Notes under the pieces: generated by a model | Told to the model about the DNA's origin: nothing | The model's database searches: none | The model's input: the letters and a program-made list of their open reading frames with translations, nothing else | DNA from: Vicinamibacteria bacterium | GTDB lineage: Bacteria; Acidobacteriota; Vicinamibacteria; Vicinamibacterales; CAVVIG01 | Assembly: GCA_041476545.1 (NCBI GenBank) | Contig: JBGOTP010000001.1 | Coordinates: forward strand, 1-59,711 | Length of the DNA: 59,711 nt | Direction of reading: 5' to 3' | Shown: piece after piece, positions 26,525-35,621 of the stretch | How positions within the stretch are numbered: the stretch's first letter is position 1 | How the letters are laid out: every line of letters starts with the position of its first letter | Program-made: the position numbers and the translations under genes

Positions 26525-28879
26525 CTAGAGCTTTTCATTGACGAACCATGGGCGCAGCGCCGCCGGCACATCCGGATGATCAACGGGAGATTGGCGCGAA
26601 GGCTTTTCCAACAGCCGCCACCAGCGGGCTACGCCGTCCGTCAACCCTCGGTTGTAGCGGAGATCTTTGGGAGCGCGGCCGCTGAAGACCACGAATTTGT
26701 CATCTGCTCCGAAGGCGACAAGCGACCGCTCGCGCAAGAATTTCTGGCAGTCCTGGTGCGCGGGATCGAGCCCTATATGCCACTCGCCATACCAGCGGCC
26801 TGCCGGGTCGAGGCGCCCTCCCCACTTCGCCTTGTAGATCATCAATCCGTCGTCGAGGTAGGGCGGCGATCCTCCCAAGCAGAGTCGCGTGCAGCCGAGC
26901 GCATAGGCCCGCTGCACCGAAAACCAATAGAGAGCGGCGAGCGCGCCGTCTTTCACGAGCGACATGTCTCCGTCGCGCCAACCGAGACGCATTGTGCGGT
27001 AACCCTCCGGACATATGCGCGTGAACGCAGCCGCGACGCACGCGCCGTCTCGCATCACCTTCACGAACTCGGTGCCTTCGACCCGCAGTTCTTTGGCCAA
27101 GTGTTTTTCCGGGAGCACATGGCCTTCGCGCCCGTGCCGTCCAGTGATGGCGGGTAGATGAAATCGACTGTAGAATTCAGGTATAAAGGCCGCATCGCAC
27201 GTCACTTCGCTCGTCAGACGACGGCTCCGGATTCGTGCGAGGTCGTTGCTTGCCGACGAGCCGAGACTCGCGCGGTATAACTCAAGGGTTGACGGCAGAT
27301 CCACCGCGACATCGATGAGCTTGGGCATGCGGATGAGTTCGTTGCGTAGCTCTTCCGACACTCTCGTTTCCGAGATCACGGACAGCCCGTAGCGCTGCGT
27401 CAGGCGCCTCGCGATATGCGTGCAGCCCGGCCGGTGCAAGCCCCAACGCATGTTGTAACGCTCGCGATCGCCAAGATAGAGGCGCGCGAAATGATGCCGT
27501 GCATGCGGACTTCCGATAACACCCAAGCCGGCGCCGCCACCCGGTCGGGTGATTTCCAAGTGAATGAAATCCCGGCGCAAACGTCGAGCCCACCCGCGCA
27601 GCCGTTCTAACGAATGGAGCGTCAGGCGGTGCAAAAGCTTGAGGTAGATCCAGGCGCTCGGAAGCGGATCCCGCCATTCCCAAGTCATGTGGTTGTCAGC
27701 GCGCACCAACGACCAAAACAGGGCCCGCAGCCAGCGGCGACGTTCGGATCCGGACAGGGCGCCTTTCGTGCTGCACCAGCCGTTGATGTCCCGCAGCAAC
27801 CAGTGAGCACGGCTGTGAGCCCGATAGTGCTGTACGTCCCCGGTCACCTCTTTCAGCGCAAACTTGTGAAGGCGCGAGGTTGCTTGCAGCGTCAACAGCG
27901 GGAAATTCTCGCCACAGAATATGCTCTGGGCGATTCCTGCTGACAATCTCGGGTTGTTCTCGATGAAATACAGCTTGCCGTCGTCCACGCTACGGATCAA
28001 TTGCATCAGACCGGGGCCGGAGTAGTTATGGCCCCGTACAAAATCGCGGCACGCCGACATCACGTCCTTGGCAATCGGATCTGACAGAAAGTCAACCGCG
28101 AAGCCAGTTCCATCAACCATGTCGGTTCGGAGGGCGTGAGCTTGAAAATACGCGACCAGGACGCCCTTTGCCGCGACAAAGTCGCATTGTTCCAGCCTTC
28201 CTTCGACGTAGCGTTGAATGAGCAGGGCGTCATGCTCAGGCGGCCACACGCTGAACCTGGCTTGGAACTCGTCCGCAGAAGTCAGGATGTACGCTTTACG
28301 GCCGAAAATCTTCGCAGTGGATCGAACGGGTTTGACGATTGCCGGAAATCCGAAGGATCTGACGAAGATGTGCATCTCCTCGAGGGAACCAACCGTTCTG
28401 GTTTCGGGAACCAGGATCCCAACTTGCTGGGCCAATAGATTGGCTCGGCCCTTGTCATGACAGGCCTCAAAAATCGCCGGTGGAACCATGGCGATGTCGA
28501 TGTGTTTTGCCAGGATGTTGGGCAGCCTGCAGAGAGCGGCTGCGCTTGACTCACCCACCGGGAAGACACAGCCAACGTCCGACCGCTCGTCGAGAAACCT
28601 GGACAAGGCCGCCCCGAACGAGGCGGCATCTTTGATTGAAGGGTGCAACCAGGTTTCGTCGCAATACCGGGACCACTCCACTTCGGCACGTCCGCCACTA
28701 CTTCCTACTATGATGCGATAGCCCGCGCGACCGAGCGCCCTCACGACGGCAAGCGTCTGAGCGGTCCGATCCAGAACAAGCACAGATGGACCCGCATTGT
28801 CTCGCAAATCGTTCAGCTGCGAAACGTGACCAGCCGGCATCTCTTTCCCTATCCTCGAGTCGGGATGAAGTTGTCGCAA
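26525..28879 (-). CDS. ATP-grasp domain / GNAT (FemAB- or CelD-like acetyltransferase_6) fusion protein
   Basis: 784 aa. An alternative start at ATG 28840 has a better SD-like GGGAAAGAG. N-terminal half has an ATP-grasp layout (preATP-grasp VLVLD..A..VVRALGRAG, IVKP, LIQRYVEG, FIENNPR). C-terminal half: DGACVAAAF...DGALAALYWFSVQRAYALGCTRLCLGG...YKAKWGG resembles Fem/CelD-type GNAT. Confidence 0.65.
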   Translation of the reverse strand: MRQLHPDSRIGKEMPAGHVSQLNDLRDNAGPSVLVLDRTAQTLAVVRALGRAGYRIIVGSSGGRAEVEWSRYCDETWLHPSIKDAASFGAALSRFLDERSDVGCVFPVGESSAAALCRLPNILAKHIDIAMVPPAIFEACHDKGRANLLAQQVGILVPETRTVGSLEEMHIFVRSFGFPAIVKPVRSTAKIFGRKAYILTSADEFQARFSVWPPEHDALLIQRYVEGRLEQCDFVAAKGVLVAYFQAHALRTDMVDGTGFAVDFLSDPIAKDVMSACRDFVRGHNYSGPGLMQLIRSVDDGKLYFIENNPRLSAGIAQSIFCGENFPLLTLQATSRLHKFALKEVTGDVQHYRAHSRAHWLLRDINGWCSTKGALSGSERRRWLRALFWSLVRADNHMTWEWRDPLPSAWIYLKLLHRLTLHSLERLRGWARRLRRDFIHLEITRPGGGAGLGVIGSPHARHHFARLYLGDRERYNMRWGLHRPGCTHIARRLTQRYGLSVISETRVSEELRNELIRMPKLIDVAVDLPSTLELYRASLGSSASNDLARIRSRRLTSEVTCDAAFIPEFYSRFHLPAITGRHGREGHVLPEKHLAKELRVEGTEFVKVMRDGACVAAAFTRICPEGYRTMRLGWRDGDMSLVKDGALAALYWFSVQRAYALGCTRLCLGGSPPYLDDGLMIYKAKWGGRLDPAGRWYGEWHIGLDPAHQDCQKFLRERSLVAFGADDKFVVFSGRAPKDLRYNRGLTDGVARWWRLLEKPSRQSPVDHPDVPAALRPWFVNEKL

Positions 28880-29231
28880 TCGCCGGCGTGGAACCTACGC
28901 GATTCTCAAAGTACTCTGACCAGAAGACTCATATCACACTGCGACGTAACTGTGACGTGACTCGATCAATCGGGCAAGTTCTACCGAGGTTTACGGCGAT
29001 TTGAGGAGTTGCTCATCGTTCGCGTGTAACACCAAACGCGCCGACCGATTGCCCGTTAGCTGATCGCCGACGTCCGGGACCCACGATTGCTGGGAGCCAG
29101 ACCCGCGGCCTGGCCCCCAGCGTTCCGTGCGGTCAGTGTTCGCTGTCCTCCTTTGGGCTTTCGCGTCGCCCAGCCTTCATGGCATCCGACTGCAGGCGAT
29201 ACCGGGTCATGACGTGACACCGGCGTGGATG

Positions 29232-30005
29232 TCAGCCGGGGAAGCCAGGGTCCGACCGAGTCTGACCCTGGCTGGCCCCTGGCGTCGCGGCCGGTGCCGA
29301 CGGTGTGGACACCGCAGTCGACGTCGCCGGAACCACTGACGTGGAAGCCGGCGCGGCCGTCCTGCCTTTCGACCGACGCGGGATCTCGACCTTCCGATCG
29401 TGCTCCCACGCGGCCAGCGCATCGGCATCGTCGCGCACCACATTGGCGACGATGATGTCGAGCGCGCGGACGGCGTCGAGACCCGACGCGAGCGCCGTCG
29501 CGAGACCTCTGTGTGCAACGGCCTGCCGCTCCTTCCCCGTCTGACGTTCGCGGATCGCCTCGCCGAACATCTCGACAAGGCGTTTGAGATCCGCGACGAA
29601 CGTCTCGGGCATCCCATGCGCGAGAAAGCGATCCCTCACCGACTTCGCGTTGTCGGCGAAGACCCGTCCTGCGCCAAGGACTGCCTGATCCGTCGGTCTG
29701 CTCGACTTCGGCATCTTGAAGAGATCCCCGAAGCCGGGCGACTTTCGGGCGATGACGTGCGCCGTGCGGCTGATCGATTTGATCTCGTCGAACAGCGCCT
29801 GGCGCGCGATCGCCTTGGCCTCTTTTCCCTCTTCCGACGTCTTGCTTTTCGAGTCGTCGTAGGCCGTCAACTGCGTCACCGCCGCGGCGACCGTGGCGAA
29901 CGCCTGGCCGCCTTCCCTCTTTTTCGGGAAGAGGTCACGATGCGCCTCCCGGAAATCACGGACCCTCACGAACATTTCGTACTGACGTGTTTCCTTGGTT
30001 CTCAT
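29232..30005 (-). CDS. Hypothetical all-helical protein with low-complexity Ala/Ser/Thr/Pro tail
   Basis: 257-aa ORF with protein-like composition. I recognise no family. Confidence 0.6.
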   Translation of the reverse strand: MRTKETRQYEMFVRVRDFREAHRDLFPKKREGGQAFATVAAAVTQLTAYDDSKSKTSEEGKEAKAIARQALFDEIKSISRTAHVIARKSPGFGDLFKMPKSSRPTDQAVLGAGRVFADNAKSVRDRFLAHGMPETFVADLKRLVEMFGEAIRERQTGKERQAVAHRGLATALASGLDAVRALDIIVANVVRDDADALAAWEHDRKVEIPRRSKGRTAAPASTSVVPATSTAVSTPSAPAATPGASQGQTRSDPGFPG

Positions 30006-30174
30006 ACCGGACTCCCTGATACGCGCCGGCGGAATGCCGACCGTGCCCGCATGGTCGCCCGGAAGCTGCCCGCCTGTCGTGAGCTGGACGGTGAGTTATG
30101 GTGAGAAAACTTTTCATGCAACGCCAGAAGCCCGAATCGATGTGGAACGGACCCAAACCGACGAGGCTTTGGGC

Positions 30175-30203
30175 TTGAATAGGTCATGCTATCAAGCTAG
30201 AAT
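30175..30203 (+). promoter_or_regulatory. Sigma70-type promoter TTGAAT-17 nt-TAGAAT; predicts a leaderless phd-vapC mRNA
   Basis: TTGAAT at 30175-30180, 17-nt spacer, TAGAAT at 30198-30203. ATG at 30210, only 6 nt after the -10 box. Confidence 0.55.
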
Positions 30204-30209
30204 AGCTCG

Positions 30210-30515
30210 ATGAAGCGGATGAGCATTACGGACGCCAAGAACGGACTGAGCGCGCTCATCGATCGGGTGCGCCACGGCGAGTCGATCATCATCGAGGACC
30301 GCGGCGTGCCGGTGGCCCGGCTCGAATCGGTGGCCGCCCCGGGGCGCGACGTTGAGGGACGCGCGGCGCGCCTGCAGCGGCAGGGGATCCTGCGGCCGCC
30401 CTTGTCGTCCACACCGAAGCGGGTGCTCACCACCAGGCCGCCGACCCCGAAGCGCGGCGCCACCCTGAGCGACGCGGTCATTGCCGAACGGACCGAACGG
30501 CGGGACGCACGATGA
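30210..30515 (+). CDS. Phd/YefM-type antitoxin
   Basis: MKRMSITDAKNGLSALIDRVRHGESIIIEDRGVPVARL. ATGA overlap with the PIN gene. Confidence 0.8.
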   Translation: MKRMSITDAKNGLSALIDRVRHGESIIIEDRGVPVARLESVAAPGRDVEGRAARLQRQGILRPPLSSTPKRVLTTRPPTPKRGATLSDAVIAERTERRDAR

Positions 30516-30937
30516 AGTTCTGGGACAGCTCGGCGCTGGTGCCGCTGCTGGCCGCCGAAACGAGCACGCGCGCGGTGCAGTCCCTGTACACGCGCGACTC
30601 GGAGGCCGTCGTCTGGTGGGGCACGCTCGTGGAGTGCGCGTCCGCCATTGCCAGGCTGGAGCGGGATGGCGCGCTGTCAGCGACGGATGCGGCCGAGTCG
30701 TTCTCGCGGCTCGACGCGCTCGCCCCAAGCTGGATGCAGGTTGATCCGAGCGACGAAATCCGCGAGTCCGCACGGCGTTTCCTGCGTGTGCACCCCTTGC
30801 GCGCTGCCGATGCCCTGCAACTGGCCGCGGCGCTGGCTGCTGCGGAACGTCGACCCTCGACCCTGGCCTTCGTGACCCTCGACGACCGGCTGCGCGAGGC
30901 CGCCGGCAGGGAGGGCTTCCTGATCGAGGTGATTTGA
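30512..30937 (+). CDS. vapC: PIN-domain toxin (VapC family)
   Basis: MKFWDSSALVPLL, LVECASA, LRAADALQLAAAL, FVTLDDRL. Confidence 0.82.
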   Translation: MKFWDSSALVPLLAAETSTRAVQSLYTRDSEAVVWWGTLVECASAIARLERDGALSATDAAESFSRLDALAPSWMQVDPSDEIRESARRFLRVHPLRAADALQLAAALAAAERRPSTLAFVTLDDRLREAAGREGFLIEVI

Positions 30938-30940
30938 TCG

Positions 30941-31107
30941 ACTACCGCCTAAAGGCGGTAGATTCGTCGCGCGACTGAAAGTCGCGACGCGATTCATTCA
31001 CCACCCGCGCCGGAACCCGCCGTCGGCGATCCAGGCTCTCGCCGCCAGTGGCCACCGCCAGCGCCTTTGAGACCGGACCGGCTGAAAGCTGACCGCCTAA
31101 AAGGCGG
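30941..31107. repeat. Cluster of REP-like hairpins (CTACCGCC-TAAA-GGCGGTAG family)
   Basis: Hairpins at 30941-30960, 30969-30985 (CGCGAC-TGAAA-GTCGCG) and 31091-31107 (ACCGCC-TAAAA-GGCGGT). Confidence 0.7.
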
Positions 31108-31381
31108 TGGGATTAGATCTGGCATGAGGATCCTAAATGTCGAACCGCCAAGGCGTCGAGCTACGCTTCCCGACCGCAGATAGAGCAGTCCGTTCCACAG
31201 CCTGATATCAGCGCGACCTGAGGGTACCAGGCGCTGGACGTGGCGTTCGGCCTGTTGACCAGTTGACTGCGCCGAGGGATCCCGGCGGGCGCTACGGAGC
31301 AGGCCTGCTCAAACTGGCGCGGCATGCTACTGGCCTTTCTCCCTTCAGCGCGGATCTTTCCCCTATAATGGAATCGAACCC

Positions 31382-33253
31382 ATGCGTATGAAACAACTTA
31401 CGCTCATGTTCGCCGCAGCGCTGGTCGGCACTGTCCTGCTGTCCGGCCATCTCGGACTCAGGGCAGCGACACGGATCATGCCGGTCTCGGAGATCCGTTC
31501 GGGCATGACCGGCGTGGGCCGCACGGTTTTCGACGGAACCCGCGTCGAAGAGTTCAAGGTTCAGATTCTTGGCGTCATCGAGAACGTCATGGGTCCGCAG
31601 CGCAATCTCGTGCTGGCGCGGCTCGAAGGCGGGCCGCTCGCGCAGTCCGGCGTCATTGCCGGCATGAGCGGCAGTCCGGTGTACATCGACGGGCGGCTCA
31701 TCGGCGCCGTGTCCTACTCGCTCGGCAGTTTTTCGAAGGAACCGATCGCGGGCATCACGCCCATCGAAGAGATGACCGCCGACACCGCCATCGAGTCGCG
31801 GCGGCCGGCCGCCGCCCGGGTCCACATCGACCTGCCACTCACTCCTGATCATCTCGTGGCGGCGTTTCGCAAGGCGCTCAACTGGAACCGGCCGTTCGCC
31901 GACAGGTCCGTCGACGCACAGTTCTCCGGCGTCAGTAGCGTTTCGGGGCTCAGCGGCCCGGAACTGGCGACGCTGCTGCGCCCGATCGCGACACCACTCG
32001 TCATGTCCGGGCCCGGGGGGTTCGCCTCCGACTTCGGCGACATGCTGAGCGCGGCCTTCCGCGATCAAGGCTTCATTCCCATGGCGGCAGGGGCGGCCGG
32101 GCGGTACGGAGAGATGCCGTACGAAGGCCCGCTCAAGGCCGGTGATGCGGTCGGCGTCAATTTCGTCACGGGCGATTTTCTTCTGGGCGCCACGGGCACG
32201 GTCACCCACGTCGACGGCGATCGCGTGTACGCCTTCGGCCACCCGATGTACGGCCTCGGGCCCACCGAGTTTCCCATGACGCGCGCCTACGTCTACACGA
32301 TCCTGCCGAGTCTCAACTCCTCGAGCAAGCTGTCGTCGACCGGCGAAACCATCGGCACCATTCAGCAGGATCGACCGACAGCCATTGCCGGCCGGCTGGG
32401 TCCCGCGCCCCGCATGATTCCCGTGACCGTGACGCTGCGATCGGATCATGCCGCTGAACGCACCTTCCGCTTCAGCGTCGTGAAGGATCAGCTCTTCACG
32501 CCCGTCATGACCTCCTCTGTCATCGCCAATCTGTTTGGGTCCTACGAGCGGCAGTTCGGCGCGTCGACGTTCAGCGTGCAGGGCAAGGTCTTCGTCGCCG
32601 GTCACGAGACGGTGAGCTTCGACGATCTCTTCTCCGGCGACTCCGCCACCATGGGCGCGGCCACATCCGTCATTGCGCCCCTGGCGGCGCTGGTCGGCAA
32701 CGACTACGAGCCGGTGGACATCGAGAAGCTCGACGTGCGAATTGATTCAACCGAAGAGGTGAAGACCGCCACGCTCGAGCGAATCTGGATTGACGACCCG
32801 AAGCCAAGGGCCGGCCGGACCGTGCCGCTCAAGGTCCTGCTTCGGCCGCACCGCGGCGACGACGTTGTCCGCACGATTCAGATTGAGATTCCGGCGAATG
32901 CGAGAGGCAGCCTGTCGCTCGTCGCCTCCGATGGATCCCGGCTGCAGCAGGCGGAGCAGCGGGACGCCCGACTTCCACAGCCCCGCAGCGTGCCCCAGCT
33001 CGTGCGCGCGCTGAACCGCGAACGCCGCAACGACCGGGTCTACGTCAGGCTGCTCAGCTCGGATCCTGGCGCGGTGGTCAACGGCGAACGGCTGGCCGCG
33101 CTGCCGCCGTCGGTCCTCGCGATCATCGAAGGCGACCGGAGCGCGGGCGGCTCGAACTCCCTCAACAGCGCGACGCTCGGCGAATGGGAGATTCCGACCG
33201 AACAGGCCGTCACCGGCAGCCGGACGCTGACGATTTCGGTCACACCGAACTAG
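31382..33253 (+). CDS. Secreted SpoIVB/S55-like serine peptidase family protein
   Basis: 623 aa with a signal peptide. The N-terminal region (MPVSEIRSGMTGVGRTVFDGT..EEF.V.ILGV....GP..NLVLARLEGG......GVIAGMSGSPVYIDG.LIGAVSY) matches the S55 pattern. Confidence 0.7.
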   Translation: MRMKQLTLMFAAALVGTVLLSGHLGLRAATRIMPVSEIRSGMTGVGRTVFDGTRVEEFKVQILGVIENVMGPQRNLVLARLEGGPLAQSGVIAGMSGSPVYIDGRLIGAVSYSLGSFSKEPIAGITPIEEMTADTAIESRRPAAARVHIDLPLTPDHLVAAFRKALNWNRPFADRSVDAQFSGVSSVSGLSGPELATLLRPIATPLVMSGPGGFASDFGDMLSAAFRDQGFIPMAAGAAGRYGEMPYEGPLKAGDAVGVNFVTGDFLLGATGTVTHVDGDRVYAFGHPMYGLGPTEFPMTRAYVYTILPSLNSSSKLSSTGETIGTIQQDRPTAIAGRLGPAPRMIPVTVTLRSDHAAERTFRFSVVKDQLFTPVMTSSVIANLFGSYERQFGASTFSVQGKVFVAGHETVSFDDLFSGDSATMGAATSVIAPLAALVGNDYEPVDIEKLDVRIDSTEEVKTATLERIWIDDPKPRAGRTVPLKVLLRPHRGDDVVRTIQIEIPANARGSLSLVASDGSRLQQAEQRDARLPQPRSVPQLVRALNRERRNDRVYVRLLSSDPGAVVNGERLAALPPSVLAIIEGDRSAGGSNSLNSATLGEWEIPTEQAVTGSRTLTISVTPN

Positions 33254-33264
33254 ACTACGTTCAC

Positions 33265-35604
33265 ATGACCATTCTTCGACGTGCCCGGCAATCCCGGCGG
33301 CCCGGCCGGGCTCGACGAGGGGCCCTCGGCATCGCCGCAAGCCTCGCGGTCCCTGCCGTCACCGTCGGCATCGGCATCATCATTGCCACGCTTCACGCCT
33401 CATCGCCGAAGTTCTTTCAATCCTCGACGCAGGCTGATTTTCTAAAGGGCGACATCGAGAATCTGTCGATCGACAACCGGGGTCAGCTCGTGCTCGGGCC
33501 TTCCACACAGTTGGTGTACGAAACGCCATCGCCGTTCCTATGGGCACTCGCCCCTGGACCGAATGGGACGCTCTTTGTCGGCACGGGCAACGAAGGGAAG
33601 GTCTTCCGCGTGGAGACGCAAGGAGCCCTTGGACGAGGCTCGTCGTTCTTCGACGCCGGCGAACTCGAAGTCCATGCGCTCGCGCCGGCTCCAGACGGCG
33701 GTCTGTACGCCGCCAGTTCCCCCGACGGCAGAATCTACAAGGTGGATCGCAACGGCCGGGCAACGCCCTTCTTCGATCCAGACGACAAGTACATCTGGGC
33801 CCTGGCGAGCGACGCCAAAGGCAATCTGTACGCGGGCACCGGCGACAAGGGTGTCGTATACAAAATTAGCCCGGACGGCAAGGGCGCGCCCTTCTATCGG
33901 ACCAAGGCCACGCACGCGACGGCCCTGGCGTTCGACCGGACCGGCAATCTCCTCGTGGGAACGGAATCGCCGGGACGTCTCCTGCGTGTCGACAGCGAAG
34001 GCCGCGGATTTCTCCTGCTCGACACGCCATTCGGCGAAATCCGGGCGCTGCGCTTCGACGACAAGGGCATGCTCTACGTCGCGGCCGTCAGCGGACGCGG
34101 AGGGAGCGGAGGCGCGCCACCGGTGCCCGTCGACACCCCTGTCCGTTCCTCAGGCGACGCCGCGCGTCCTGGTGTGCCCACGGTCACCGTTGAGGTCAGC
34201 TCAGTGAGCGTCGCCGACACATCCGGCGGCGGATCGAGTCCGGCCTCCGGGGATCGCGGCACGGCGCGCGGCGCTATCTACCGGGTTGCTCCGGACGGCC
34301 TATGGGACGAGCTCTGGGAGTCGCGCGACGACCTGCCGTACGACGTCATCCTGGACAACGACGGCCGGCTCATCGTCGCCACCGGCAACAAGGGAAAGAT
34401 CTATCGCCTCGACGGCGATCCGCTGAGGCCCACCCTCCTCGCGCGCGCCAGCGCCCAGCAGGTGACGGCGCTCTACAAGGATGCGCGGGGAGCGATCTAC
34501 TACGCGACCGCGAATCCGGGCAAACTCTATCGCCTCACTGCGGAGTTCGCCCCTCAGGGCAGCTATGTCTCCGAGGTCCAGGACGCGAAGACAGTCGCAA
34601 CGTGGGGGACGATGAGCTGGCGCGGAACGGTCGGCCCGGCGTCGGCCGGCGCGAAGATAGAAGTCTCCACGCGATCGGGGAACAGCGAAACGCCCGACGA
34701 CATGTGGAGTCCCTGGTCTGCGGCGTATCCTTCGTCGGGCTCCGCGATTACCAGTCCGAAGGCGCGCTATCTTCAATGGCGGGCCGTGCTGAGCGGCAGA
34801 GGACAGGGCCAACAGGGCTCACAGGGCCCCATCCTGACGTCGGCGACCGCGGCGTACTTGCAGAACAATCTGCGGCCTCAGGTGCGATCCATTACCGTGC
34901 ATCCGCCCGGCATCGTCTTTCAGAAGCCCTTCCCGTCTGGCGATCCCGATCTCGCGGGCTTCGACAAACAGACCACGCCCGATCGCAAGCTGTCCGCCGA
35001 CGCGAGCGGATCCCAGGGTTCACCCGGTTCGCCGGCCCTCGGACGCCGCGCCTACGAAAAGGGTCTTCAGACACTGATCTGGAAGGCAGACGATGAGAAT
35101 GGAGACGAGCTCGTCTACGACCTCGACTACCGCCGCGAAGGTGAGTCGACGTGGAAGCCGCTTCGCCACGCGGTGACGGATCCCATTTACGTGTGGGACA
35201 CCACAACAGTGCCGAATGGGACGTACTTCGTCAGGGTGAGGGCATCGGATCTCCCGTCCAACGGCCGCGAGACGGCGCTGACGGGCGAACTCGACAGCTC
35301 ATCTTTCGACATCGACAACTCGCCGCCGCGCTTCTCGACACCGACTGTTCGCGTCGAGGCCGGCCGGACCATTGTCACGTTCGACGTCTCCGACGATCAA
35401 TCGCCGATTCAGCGTGTGGAATCGTCGCGCGACGGCCAGGAATGGTCGGCGGTCTTTCCGAAGGATGGTATTGCGGATTCAAAGCTCGAGCACTACGAGG
35501 TGTCGCTCGAGGGCCCGATCGGCCTGCGCGGCCTCAGTCTTCGCGCCACCGACGCCATGAACAACGTCGCGACGACACAGGTGGAGGCCCCGGCCCAGCG
35601 GTGA
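33265..35604 (+). CDS. Membrane-anchored beta-propeller / Ig-like repeat protein
   Basis: Starts at the internal MTILRRARQ. One TM segment, repeated G.L..GTG..G.VY blocks, and a C-terminal Y_Y_Y/FN3-like region (VPNGTYFVRVRASD). Confidence 0.65.
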   Translation: MTILRRARQSRRPGRARRGALGIAASLAVPAVTVGIGIIIATLHASSPKFFQSSTQADFLKGDIENLSIDNRGQLVLGPSTQLVYETPSPFLWALAPGPNGTLFVGTGNEGKVFRVETQGALGRGSSFFDAGELEVHALAPAPDGGLYAASSPDGRIYKVDRNGRATPFFDPDDKYIWALASDAKGNLYAGTGDKGVVYKISPDGKGAPFYRTKATHATALAFDRTGNLLVGTESPGRLLRVDSEGRGFLLLDTPFGEIRALRFDDKGMLYVAAVSGRGGSGGAPPVPVDTPVRSSGDAARPGVPTVTVEVSSVSVADTSGGGSSPASGDRGTARGAIYRVAPDGLWDELWESRDDLPYDVILDNDGRLIVATGNKGKIYRLDGDPLRPTLLARASAQQVTALYKDARGAIYYATANPGKLYRLTAEFAPQGSYVSEVQDAKTVATWGTMSWRGTVGPASAGAKIEVSTRSGNSETPDDMWSPWSAAYPSSGSAITSPKARYLQWRAVLSGRGQGQQGSQGPILTSATAAYLQNNLRPQVRSITVHPPGIVFQKPFPSGDPDLAGFDKQTTPDRKLSADASGSQGSPGSPALGRRAYEKGLQTLIWKADDENGDELVYDLDYRREGESTWKPLRHAVTDPIYVWDTTTVPNGTYFVRVRASDLPSNGRETALTGELDSSSFDIDNSPPRFSTPTVRVEAGRTIVTFDVSDDQSPIQRVESSRDGQEWSAVFPKDGIADSKLEHYEVSLEGPIGLRGLSLRATDAMNNVATTQVEAPAQR

Positions 35605-35621
35605 GATTCCGACCAGTAAGT

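Noticed and set aside
29145-29153. Strong SD-like AAAGGAGGA on the minus strand, upstream of the ATP-grasp gene, as the start of a small precursor-peptide gene.
   Set aside because: No ATG/GTG/TTG within 5-12 nt downstream (only a CTG). The in-frame reading (..TLTARNAGGQAAGLAPSNRGSRTSAIS*) is unconvincing.
31292-32605. 437-aa minus-strand ORF.
   Set aside because: Antisense to the S55 peptidase gene. Arg/His/Gly/Asp-rich with no recognisable motifs.
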